Source: the human T2T-CHM13v2.0 reference genome, Homo sapiens
Assembly (NCBI RefSeq): GCF_009914755.1
Contig: NC_060931.1
Length of the DNA stretch: 64,000 bases
Reading direction: 5' to 3' (one strand)
Notes under the pieces: model-generated
What the model was told of the DNA's origin: nothing
Databases searched by the model: none
The model's input: only the letters and a program-made list of their open reading frames with translations
Shown here: one piece after another, positions 1 to 13,085 of the stretch
How the letters are laid out: each line of letters begins with the position of its first letter
Position numbering within the stretch: position 1 is the first letter of the stretch
Program-made: the position numbers and the translations under genes

Positions 1-180
1 GGGGTATGAAGTTTCAGTTATGCTAAGTGAACATGCTTTGGAAACCTAAGGTATGGTAGTATGAGTATAGTAAACAATACTGCACTGTATACTTGAACTT
101 TCATGAGAGGGTAGATCTTAAGTGTTCTCACTACACATGAAGAAATTGAAAACAGGAATTATGTGAGGTGATAGATATAT
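1..180 (+). mobile_element. Old L1M 3' end fragment
   Basis: aacaatactgcactgtatacttgaa...gtagatcttaagtgttctcac is typical of L1MA/MB 3' UTRs. Confidence 0.65.
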
Positions 181-277
181 TTTAAAAGAAAATATTTTTA
201 CTTTCAACATGGTCTCATAGGGACTTCTTTTTGATGTTGGTGTTAGACAGGACTCACATATGCCTCGGGTATCTCAG

Positions 278-630
278 GGTGGCAGACAGACTGTAAAGTG
301 GCCCTGCCTGTCCCTCAACCCTGGTGTTGGGCCTTTGTGTAACCTCCTTCTTTTGAGTGTTGTTGGTGACAGTGACTTGCTTCTAGCCAATAGACTATGG
401 CAAAGGTGATAGGCTGTCACTCCAATGATTGTGTTATGTTATTTAAGACCCCATCTTGTTAGCAGACTCCCTTTAGAGACTGCTGACTTGACGTGAGTGG
501 CCATGCTGAAACAGCTTACCTGGCAGAGACTGTGAGAGGCCTCTAGGACCAGAGAGCAGTCTCCCACCAACACCCAGGAAGAAACAGGGGCTCTCAGTCC
601 TGCTTCGGAAGGCCCCTCAACCACATGATA
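278..630 (+). mobile_element. MLT1-type MaLR LTR fragment
   Basis: tggcagacagactgtaaagtggccc...gacttgcttctagccaataga...ggcctctagga resembles MLT1E/F. Confidence 0.6.
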
Positions 631-1245
631 ATGAATTCTCTCACTGGAAATACAAAACCCGTTTACACCATTATCATTTACATCTCAGGATTCATGGAGG
701 ATCTAAGTAGAGATCTGGATGGAGAGGTAGACGAAGTGTTTGATTTTGAAGGGATTTGTGGGCAAAGGCAGTAAGGTAAGCATGGATGTGTAACAGGGAA
801 GTACTGAGACAGAATTCTTTGATGTCACTATTTTTCCTGTGTATCTCCTATACTTGTCTCTATATTTAAAGTCTTAAGAATGTTCTGATGGGAAGAGGAG
901 TGTTCATACGGCCTGAGGATGGAACTCAGTCACAGACACCCGGAAAAATCATAGACATTGATACTAACCATGGCAGCATGCAGGCAAAACTGGACAAGGC
1001 AAATTAGGGTAATTTGCAGGCCTAGTGGTAACTGACACTAGGATAAATTTGCATCCTGTCTGAGCCAAGAGCACACCTCTCCTCTTTAGCCTGAGCATCC
1101 TCCTCTCTAAGTGAGCTCTGGTTCAGATGCAGAGCCTGACCACTCTTTAGCACTCCTAGGAAAGATTAAAAGCAGGACTGTGGCTAGGGGCAGGGAGGAG
1201 GCCAGGGACCAAGGCACTCAAGTGGGGACTGCAGGAGGGGTCAGA

Positions 1246-2169
1246 ATGCAAGCAGCACTGACGGCCTTCTTCGTGTTGCTCTTTAGCCTGCTGAGTCTTC
1301 TGGGGATTGCAGCGAATGGCTTCATTGTGCTGGTGCTGGGCAGGGAGTGGCTGCGATATGGCAGGTTGCTGCCCTTGGATATGATCCTCATTAGCTTGGG
1401 TGCCTCCCGCTTCTGCCTGCAGTTGGTTGGGACGGTGCACAACTTCTACTACTCTGCCCAGAAGGTCGAGTACTCTGGGGGTCTCGGCCGACAGTTCTTC
1501 CATCTACACTGGCACTTCCTGAACTCAGCCACCTTCTGGTTTTGCAGCTGGCTCAGTGTCCTGTTCTGTGTGAAGATTGCTAACATCACACACTCCACCT
1601 TCCTGTGGCTGAAGTGGAGGTTCCCAGGGTGGGTGCCCTGGCTCCTGTTGGGCTCTGTCCTGATCTCCTTCATCATAACCCTGCTGTTTTTTTGGGTGAA
1701 CTACCCTGTATATCAAGAATTTTTAATTAGAAAATTTTCTGGGAACATGACCTACAAGTGGAATACAAGGATAGAAACATACTATTTCCCATCCCTGAAA
1801 CTGGTCATCTGGTCAATTCCTTTTTCTGTTTTTCTGGTCTCAATTATGCTGTTAATTAATTCTCTGAGGAGGCATACTCAGAGAATGCAGCACAACGGGC
1901 ACAGCCTGCAGGACCCCAGCACCCAGGCTCACACCAGAGCTCTGAAGTCCCTCATCTCCTTCCTCATTCTTTATGCTCTGTCCTTTCTGTCCCTGATCAT
2001 TGATGCCGCAAAATTTATCTCCATGCAGAACGACTTTTACTGGCCATGGCAAATTGCAGTCTACCTGTGCATATCTGTCCATCCCTTCATCCTCATCTTC
2101 AGCAACCTCAAGCTTCGAAGCGTGTTCTCGCAGCTCCTGTTGTTGGCAAGGGGCTTCTGGGTGGCCTAG
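1246..2169 (+). CDS. TAS2R41: Bitter taste receptor type 2 member 41 (intronless 7TM GPCR, 307 aa)
   Basis: The first in-frame ATG at 1246 gives [16 protein letters not shown]...ARGFWVA*. TAS2R hallmarks are present: NGFIV in TM1, LGASRF in TM2, [45 protein letters not shown], and the ECL2 sequon NMT. Confidence 0.97.
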
Positions 2170-2978
2170 ATGGCATGGTTTCCTTATCTAGACCCCCGGA
2201 AAAGAAAGGTGAGGATGGCAGAGCTGTGGCCCACTGACATGGAGGTGTTTTCATAGGTAGATGAATACTGGGTACTGTTATGGGGCTCCTCCTCTGGGAA
2301 GCGGAGGAGACAAGGAAATCTGGGAACTCTCTGAGCATGCTTCCCTTCTTTGGAATGTTATAAAGATGCAGTCCCATGGATCCCAGAGAGCCAGTATTGC
2401 CCAGAAGTTCAGAATATGTTAATATGATGTCGTGCTACTCCTTACGTTTGTACCCCTTTGTTATCTGGAAGGCTTCGATTAAAAGTGTTGATTAACTGTG
2501 CCATCGCATCTCCACTGCCTTTCAGAAAGTTAAGAGCAAATATTTGCCTCTATGGCTGAACTGAGATGTGGATAGTGAAGCGACAGCCTTCTTGAGGACA
2601 AATGTCATGGTTACTACGAGAGCCCCAAGGGACAGGCAGTTGTGGCAGGCAGTGGCCTGGGCTGTGAGTTCTGATTGCCCTTTACTGCATGAAGATACTT
2701 TGTCTCCACACAAACTTGGATAATCTGGTTTTAATTTTATTAAGTTTACTGGAAGGTTTCTTTACACCACCCAGTTTCTTTTCTCATTAACATTTCTGAC
2801 TTCAATTTTCTCTTCTCTGAAGTCTGAGTAGTAGCCAGACTTTTTTCTTGTTTATCATTCCTTTAGAAAAAGACACATTGTGACTTTCTTGTCTTCCTCA
2901 AGCATATGTCACAGAGTCACATCTGCATTGAATAAACACGTACTTTTCAATCTGAAAAACAGACTCAGGAATTTCACT

Positions 2979-3260
2979 GGACTGGGAGTGGTGACGTCCG
3001 TAATCCCAACACTTTGGGAAGCTGAGTCAGGCAGACTGCTCGAGCTCAGGAGTTCAAGAGCAGCCTGGGCAAGATAGCGAGACCTCCTCTCCACTAAAAA
3101 TTCAAAAAAATCAGCCAGGTGTGGTGGTGTGCACCTGTGGTCCCAGCTACTCGTGAGTCTGAGGTGGGAGGATCACTTGAGCTCAGGAGATAGAGGCTGC
3201 GGTGAGCTGTGATCACTGTACTCCAGCCTGGGCAACAGAGTGAGACCGTCTTAAAAAAAA
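2979..3260 (+). mobile_element. Alu (AluJ-like)
   Basis: Dimeric Alu with J-type features (gagctcaggagttcaagagcagcctgggc, gaggctgcggtgagctgtgat) and an A tail. Confidence 0.9.
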
Positions 3261-3609
3261 TTCATTAGTTTGTATCTAAAAACTACTTAAATATTGTTTT
3301 AAAAAGAACCACCCTGTTCAAAATTTTACGTTTAAATACTGTTTTAAAAATAACTTGCTCCAATTACTATGCAAATGATTTTAGAAATACTTTTGGAAAA
3401 CATTTTATTTAGAGATGAGTGCCTCTAAGATAGCTTAAACGTTTTTGCTAAAGGGCATCAATGTGCAAATTTCAGAGACAAGCTTGCAGCTGAATCCCTG
3501 ATAGGGAGAAATTGTAATTTCCTCTAAGAGTGAAGACTTTGATTAGGGGATGTACTGATGAGTGGATGAACACTCATGAACAATAATCTTTGGGCACCTG
3601 GCTCTACAT

Positions 3610-4895
3610 TTTTAATTTAAGCATTTATTTTTAAAAATACCTAATATATTTTCATGGCTGAAAATTCAAAACCTATTGAAGAGTATGTATAGAAAATCTC
3701 CCTCTTATCTGTTCCGTCCTGAGGCATTCTTACCAGTTTTATGTCTATCCTTGTAGAGATATTTTATTCTATCAGAAAGCCACTAATACCTAATGAACCA
3801 GTCAACTAACTTATGCACTGGTATATTCTATACTAGTACCTAACTAGCTACCAATCAAATAACTTATAATGTCTCCATCTTTCCATACAATGGTTGCAGA
3901 ATACACACATTGTCCTGCCCCTTGCTCTTTTCACCTTATAACATATCTTGGAGAGCTATGTAAGTGGATATGCATAGTATTTCCTCACTTGTAAAATTTT
4001 TTGCACTGATGTGCCACAATTTCTTTAACTAGCCATGTGTTTGTGGTCATTTAGGTTACTTCCTGTTTTTTGTTGTTATAATAATGCTATAATGAATAAT
4101 CTTCTGCATATGTAATTTTCCACATGTGCAAACTAACTATGGGAAAAGTCTCATGAAATGGAATTACTGAGTTGAATGGAATGTGCATTTCTAATTCTGA
4201 CAGATATCACCCTTTATTGGTTTGCATCAATTTACTTTCCCACCAGCAATTTATTAGAGAACTTTTTTCACACTTTCTGTTTTTGCCAACCTGTTAGGTT
4301 AAAAAACATTAGCTGTCATTTGCATGACTCTTACTATGAGTGAGTGTTTATAATTATTTTATATGTTTAGAGCCATTTATGTTTATTTACTGTGGACAGT
4401 CTATCTTTTTTGGGTTTGGCTTTTGGCCTTTTTCTTATTGGTTTTGAGGAACTCTTTATATCTTAGAGGAATTAGCTCTTTATTTGTGATATAAGCAGCA
4501 AAGCAATTCCCTACTCCCAGTGTTTTTTATTTTATTTTTTCTGAATTCTAATGTTAGTTTTAAAAACTCTTTTATTTTGAAATAATGATAGACTCACATG
4601 AAGTTGTAAAAATAGCATAAATCTTCATCCAGCTTCCCCCAGTGGTGACATTTTATATAGCTGTAGTATGATAACAAAACTAGAAAACTGACATTGCTAC
4701 ATTACTGTTAGTCTACAGAACTTATTCAATTTTTACTATTTTAAAAACTTACATTTGTGTGTTTGTGTGTGTAGTTCTATTCAATTTTATCCTAGTTAGA
4801 GATTTGTGTAATTATAATCAAGATACAGAACTATTCCATCAACATAAAAGAACTCTTTCATGCTACCTCTTTACATTTGTACCTACTTCCTTTAC
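3610..4895 (-). mobile_element. Old L1ME/L1MC fragments
   Basis: Antisense L1 3' motifs (aatgctataatgaataatctt, tttactttcccaccagcaat). Confidence 0.65.
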
Positions 4896-4899
4896 CATA

Positions 4900-4984
4900 T
4901 GATGTGGTTTGGCTCTGTGTCTTCACCCAAATTTCGTCTCAAATTGTAATCCCCATGCATTAAGAGAGGGACCTTATGGAAGGT
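4900..4984 (+). mobile_element. THE1D/MSTA LTR 5' fragment
   Basis: tgatgtggtttggctctgtgtc...aattgtaatcccca, truncated against a MIR. Confidence 0.7.
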
Positions 4985-6059
4985 CCTCAAGAAATGAGGA
5001 AACTGAGGCTCAGAGAGCAAGGGTGATTGACTCAGGGTTATTGGCTAGTTAGGAGCAGGACTGGAACTGATCTGGAATCTGAGGATCACAAGACCCATTT
5101 TCTTCCTGCGACATCCCACTGGGTGATCACTCATGGGCATGGGGAATGTGTCACAGTGGCTAGTGAGGGTAGCACAGGACAGGTTTAACTTATGGGTGGG
5201 GAGGAGGATGTCAACAAAGGCTTAGTGTTTGGGACGTCATTCCAGGGGGTCCAGTGGGGGGCCTTGGACTGACACCAGACTTTGTGGGAAACCAGGTTGA
5301 AGAGTGCTTGGCAATGGCCAGTGGCCTGGAGGTCCAGTTCACCAAATCAGTTTTCCTCTTTTAGTTTTATCTGCAAAAGGGAAACACCCACCCCATAGTT
5401 TTAGTAAGGGTATGAATCTCACACACCTGGACTTTCTACTTTTTCTGCAGCCAGGAGGTAGAGCTGGAAAAAAATCTCTACCAAGTCAGACTCCTTTGCT
5501 TCTCTTTTCTCACTTCTAACTAACTGAAAGGTAGAGAGGGCGTTTTCTCTTTTTATTGTATGTTTTTCTAGTTTCTAAACTGAGCCTGATATCTAGAGTT
5601 GGGGGACTAACTGACTGACTGAACATCACACTGAGTAGTGGCTTCTTAAAATTCATCCTCTCATCTAGGTGGTGGAGGAAGCCAAAGAACTATAATTTGT
5701 GAGGGAAACAGGGGTGGGAATCCTCAGAAAATCATTTCCCTTATTGGCCCCCACCTTATCTGTTCCCAGGGCTTGTATTCCTTTGTGCTGAGATCTCATT
5801 CTGAAAGAAGTGTCAGCCAGCACATTCTATAGAACATATATTTTAAAAGTTTATTCTTATTTTTATGAAAGTAGTAGAATCTTATTTTAAAAAATTATAA
5901 ACAGTACACAAAAATTTAAGGAAAATAAAATGCCTCCATCCTTCTTCATTCTTCTCTCCATTATATATTTTACCAGAAGTAATCAATGTTAATATTAGGT
6001 CAGTAATATATAGTACAATCATCCATATATTGAAATATACTTTATGGGATTGTATACAA

Positions 6060-8160
<2,101 letters not shown>

Positions 8161-8171
8161 ACGTCCTGTTT

Positions 8172-8472
8172 AGCCGGGCGCGGTAGCTCATGCCTGTAAT
8201 CCCAGCACTTTGGGAGGCTGAGGTGGGTGGATCACGAGGTCAGGAGATCGAGACCATCCTGGCCAACACGGTGAAACCCTGTCTCTACTAAAAATACAAA
8301 AAATTAGCCGGGTGCAGTGGCGGGCGCCTGTAGTCCCAGCTACTCAGGAGGCTGAGGCAGGAGAATGGCGTGAACTCGGGAGGCGGAGCTTGCAGTGAGC
8401 TGAGATCTAGCCACTGCACTCTAGCCTGGGTGACAGAGTGAGAGTCTGTCTCAAAAAAAAAAAAAAAAAAAA
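8172..8472 (+). mobile_element. AluY
   Basis: Y diagnostics gagaatggcgtgaac and ggagcttgcagtg, many retained CpGs, and an A tail. Confidence 0.92.
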
Positions 8473-8924
8473 GTAAAAGAAATACCCAAGACCAACTCTT
8501 GCCTCTTCTACCTTCTGGTAGTATGGTCTTTCTCAGAATAATTAAAAGCACCATGTTATAGTATCACCCCTCTTCTCTTATTCTTGACTGCTCTTTTAGT
8601 CTCTTGAGAATTGCTTTCTCCAGTTGTTTATGGGATACAGTCTGCAGAGCAATGTCTCAGCTGCCTCAAAAAGCAGAAGTCCAAAGCAGAAGGACAAGTG
8701 TTATGTTCTTTGATTAGTAATATCCTTGGGTTTCTGTGAATTATTTGGATATTAGGAAAAAGTCCTCTCAGGATATAGTAATTCACTGGATGATTATATT
8801 TTAAACATTTTTACAAGTGTTTATCTTTCTTGGTGTTATCACATAGGTTGTATTAGAGTTAAGATCTTTCTGGGGGATCAGATGCCATTTTAACTAAAAG
8901 TCAGAGCATGAATTTTTTTTAAGA

Positions 8925-9400
8925 TTATTTTTGAGTCAGGGTCTAGCTATGCAGCCCTGGCTCAAGCTCAGTGGCATGACCGCAGCTGACTGTAGTTTGA
9001 ACTCCCGAGTCAGGCAGTCCCCCTTCTCAGTCTCCTGAGTAGCTGGGACTGCAAGTGCACTACCACACCCGGCTAATTTTTTTTTTTTAACTAAGTCTCG
9101 CTCTGTCGTCAGGCTGGAGTGCAATGGCGCAATCTCAGGTCACTGCAATCTCTGCCTCCTGGGTTCAAGTCATTCTCATGCCTCAGCCTCTTGAGGAGCT
9201 GGGACCACAGGCATGTGCCACCACACCCAGCTAATTTTTGTATTTTTAGTAAAGACAGGGTTTCACCATGTTGGCCAGGATGGTCTCGATCTCTTGACCT
9301 CATAATCCATCCACCATAGCCACCCAGCAGGCTAATTTTTAAAATTTTTATTTTTAGAGACAGGGTCTTGCTATGGCGCTATGGTGTTCAAGCTAGTCTA
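8925..9400 (-). mobile_element. Old AluJ interrupted in its linker by a 5'-truncated AluSc-like element (~9077-9318)
   Basis: Two Alu right arms occur in series, with ggctaatttt duplicated at 9071 and 9330. Confidence 0.8.
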
Positions 9401-9658
9401 AGGCTTTTGATAAGTATAATTAAAGTATCCACTGCCAATATTTTCTTTGTGAATTAAATAGCTTAATATAGTTTATTATTTTAATTTGTATTTCTTTGTT
9501 GCTGAGACTAAATATTTTTTCATATGCTAAATGTTATAGAACAAGTTCTACCTTTGTATTTATTTTACTTCTCCATTTTTCTGTTTGCATGTTCTCCATT
9601 TTCCTATTGATTGGTAAGTGCCCTTTAAATTAACGTATAGTGAAATTGACTTTTTGGG

Positions 9659-9905
9659 GTATATTAGTTCATTTTCATGCTGCTGATAAAGACATACCCG
9701 AGACTGGGAAGAAAAAGAGGTTTAATTGGACCTACAGTTCCACATGGCTGGGGAAGCCTCAGAATCATGGCAGGAGGCGAAAGGCACTTCTTACATGGCA
9801 GCAGCAAAAAATGAGGAAGAAGTAAAAGCAGAAACCCCTGATAAACCCATCAGATCTTGTGAGACTTATTAACTACCATGAGAATAGCATGAGAAAGACC
9901 AGCTA
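9659..9905 (-). mobile_element. THE1A-like LTR, lacking its 5' ~90 bp
   Basis: tattagttcattttcatgctgctgataaagacatacccgagactggg...aaacccctgataaacccatcagatct. Confidence 0.85.
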
Positions 9906-10600
9906 CAATCAACAGAACTGAAATAGTAAGTATTGGTGAGGCTGTGAAGAAATTGGAATCCTTGTTCATTGCTGGTTCTTCGCTGGTGGGAATGTAAAAT
10001 GGTTCAGCTGTGGTGGAGAACAGTTTGGCAGTTTCTTAAAAAAGTTGAACTTACAATTATCATATGACCCAGTGCTTCCACTCCTGGGTAAATATTCAAA
10101 AGAATTGAAAACAGGTATTCAAACAAAAATTTGTACATGAATGTTCATAGTAGCACTATTCACAATAGCAAAAAGGTAGAAACAATTCAAATGTCCGCTA
10201 TCTGATGATCGAATAAACAAATGTGTTATATCCACACAATGGAATATTATTCAACTATAAAAAGAAGTGAAGCACTACTACATACTACAATATGGAAAGA
10301 CCTTAAAAACATTATGCTAAGTGAGAAGTTAGACACAAAAGGCCACATACTGCATGATTCCCTTTATATGAAATGTCCCAAACTGGCAAATCCATAGAGA
10401 CAGAAACCAGGTTAGTGGTGGTCAGGACTGCTTACTGAGTGTGGGGTATCCTTTTGGGGTGTTGAACGTGTTTTGGGGCAGATAGAGATGAGGTTGCACA
10501 ACACTGTGGATTCATTGACTAGATGTCAATGAATTATCTGCTTTAAAATGGCAAAAACTGTGAATCATGTGATATGTGAGCCTTACCTCAATTAAAAAGT
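9906..10600 (+). mobile_element. L1MB-type 3' end
   Basis: ggtgggaatgtaaaatgg, catatgacccag, cacacaatggaatattattc, gacacaaaaggccacata. Confidence 0.85.
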
Positions 10601-11699
10601 TTTAATAGCAGTTTTAAAGGGTGCTCTTCATTTCCTGTTTTTCAGCCCTTTAGCTTTGTTGCAACAGATTGAGTAAAAGTTTGAACTGTTTTCAGTTTAT
10701 GTTTTTTCGTTGTTGTTGTTTCTTTGCTTGTTTTGGTTTGTTTGTTTTCTTTTGTGGTCAAGACAAACCAGAGATTCATAATATTTAGTTAAGGAGATGT
10801 TTTAGTCTGATTTTTAAAAGATTATTTTAAACATTTTTCAGAATAAAATCATCATGGCTTTGCTTTATGATCTAGGATTTTAGAGCTCAAAAATTTGTGT
10901 ATTAAAAGAGTGGAACAAAACTATCCCCAATGAGGAAGCCGGATTCTTTCTTTGCTGAATCCCATGGCTCACTCTAATCGTGCATAGCATGGTCTCCCAG
11001 TCAGGATGAGCTCTGAGCACAGCCCTCAATGTTCACAAGAGGATATTCTTAGACCTGATTGCATACAAGATGTTTGTTTGAGGTCCCGCATATCTGACTT
11101 TCTGGCCAGCAATTTGCCACCACTGCAAATTTGAAAGGGAAACAAGCAGAGGGACGCTCATGTGACTGGCACACAGCCCAGTCACACTCATCAGAGCTGA
11201 GAGATCATTACTGTGACTTTGGCTCCAAACCCATGGGTGAATCCCCCACCCTAGTGAGCTGGGCTGGACCATGTGTGAGTTACTAGGGTGGCCTTTGCAC
11301 CTCTTACCTAAGGCCTGTTTGATCCTATGGGCACAGCGAATTTTGTAACTTAAAGCTTTTTTCCCTCCTTTTCTCACTTACTACAGAAACATATATTTAA
11401 ATATTTTTACCAAGAAATAGACTTTCTTGGAATACATTTTGTGCACTGCCCTGACTTCTAATTTAATCTTTCTTCCTAATTCATATACACTGGTATATCT
11501 TTTCTCCTCCCTCCCCCTTTCTTTCATTTAAGAAAATGAATATATTTCATTTCACTTTCTGTAGGGTGCATGTATTTTTAAGTTGTTGTAATTCACATTG
11601 GGAATAAGGCATGGGCCAAAGATAAAGTCCGGATAAAATCCATTTTTCTATTACCTCAAAAGAGAGTAGTACAAATTGTGGTCCTCCCACCTGTTCCCT

Positions 11700-11764
11700 T
11701 ACACACACACATACACATGCACACACACACAGATGCACACACATACACACACATGCGTACACAC
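11700..11764. repeat. Imperfect (CA)n microsatellite just 3' of the OR pseudogene
   Basis: acacacacacatacacatgcacacacacac... Confidence 0.85.
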
Positions 11765-11835
11765 GTTATACTGGAGAGCACAGTCCAATGCCCACTGTTT
11801 TCAGAGTGAGGCCTTCTTGTTACTCAAACCACTCT

Positions 11836-12785
11836 CTAATGTTTTAATTCAGAGCTCCTCATCAGAGCTCGACTCAGAGCTGCCTTCACATCCTTGTTCC
11901 GCAGACTGTAGATGAAAGGATTCAACATGGGGGTCACCACAGCATAAGAGAGTACCATCACCTTTTCCTGCTCAGCTGAGGCCATGGAGCGAGGCTGCAT
12001 GTAGGTAAAGAGGGCCATCCCATAGGATATGGAGACCACAGTGAGGTGGGAGGCACAGGTCCCAAAGGCCTTGCGGTGCCCCTGGGTGGAGTGGATCTGC
12101 AGGACGGCAACTACAATGAGGGTGTAGGACAGCGAGACCAGGCAGCAGGGCACCAGCAGCACCACCACACTGGAGGCCACTATGACCACCTGATTGAAGG
12201 TGATGTCCACGCAGGCCGACCTGACCAGTGCCAGTGTCTCACAGGCCACATGGTTCAGCACGTTGTGCCCACAGGTGGGCAGGTGCATGGTCAGTGCCGT
12301 CTCCATAGCAGAATTAGCCAGGCCCACTAGCCAAGAGACAGCTGCCAGTGCCATGCAGAGCCTTGGGCTCATCACTGCTATGTAACACAGGGGGTCGCAA
12401 ACAGCCACGTAGCGGTCATAGGCCATTGCGGCCAGCAACAAAAACTCGGTCCCTCCGAGGGCCAGGGAGAAAAAGAGCTGGGTCCCACATCGGGCAAAGG
12501 AGATGGTCTTTCTTTGCTGGTGCAGTGCACCAGCATCTGAGGGACCCTGCTGGAGGTGTAGCAGATGTTCACAAGTGAGAGGTTGCAGAGGAAGAAATAC
12601 ATGGGCAGGTGGAGTCTCACGTCCAGCCAGATCAGGAGCAGGATGAGCCCATTGCCCAGCAGGGTCAGCAGGTAGGCAGCCCCAAATAAGATAAAGAGTC
12701 CAGCCTGGGTCTGCCTGTCACTGGAGAGACCCATTAGGATGAACTCACTCACCCAGGTTATGTTGTCCCTTCCCAGTTGGGACAT
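11836..12785 (-). pseudogene. OR2R1P: Olfactory receptor family 2 pseudogene with a single 1-nt frameshift near 12513-12515
   Basis: The N-terminal ORF (MSQLGRDNITWVSEFILMGLS...LHLPMYFFLCNLS) and C-terminal ORF (MAYDRYVAVC...KAFGTCASHL...PMLNPFIYSLRN) are in different frames. The span is 950 nt, one short of 317 codons. The symbol is from recalled gene order next to TAS2R41. Confidence 0.88.
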
Positions 12786-12974
12786 TGAACCTCACTTCTT
12801 CAATCTAGGTGGTTAGGAGGGAATGCAAAGGTCTTGGAGAAAAGGACATTTGGTTTCTGACACTAAACCAAATTCTGAGAGGTTCTGAAGGACAAAGTCC
12901 CTGTTTTGGCCATCCTTTCACGTCGAGGACCGAGCACAGTTACAGTTGTGTAGGAGGTAATCTATCAATGTAGA

Positions 12975-13085
12975 AGGAATGATAGAGAAGAAAGGATGAA
13001 AGAAGCAAAGAAAAACTAAGGAAAGACAATAGGAAAATGGAAAAGGAGGGAAGGAATGTGGAAGATATGAAAGAAAGGAAGGATT
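12975..13085. repeat. GA-rich low-complexity tract
   Basis: Nearly all-purine run (gaaggaatgatagagaagaaagg...aagaaaggaagg). Confidence 0.7.

Noticed and set aside
1111-1245. 45-codon N-terminal extension of TAS2R41
   Set aside because: It starts at GTG. TAS2Rs have very short N-termini, and the ATG at 1246 gives the expected 307 aa.
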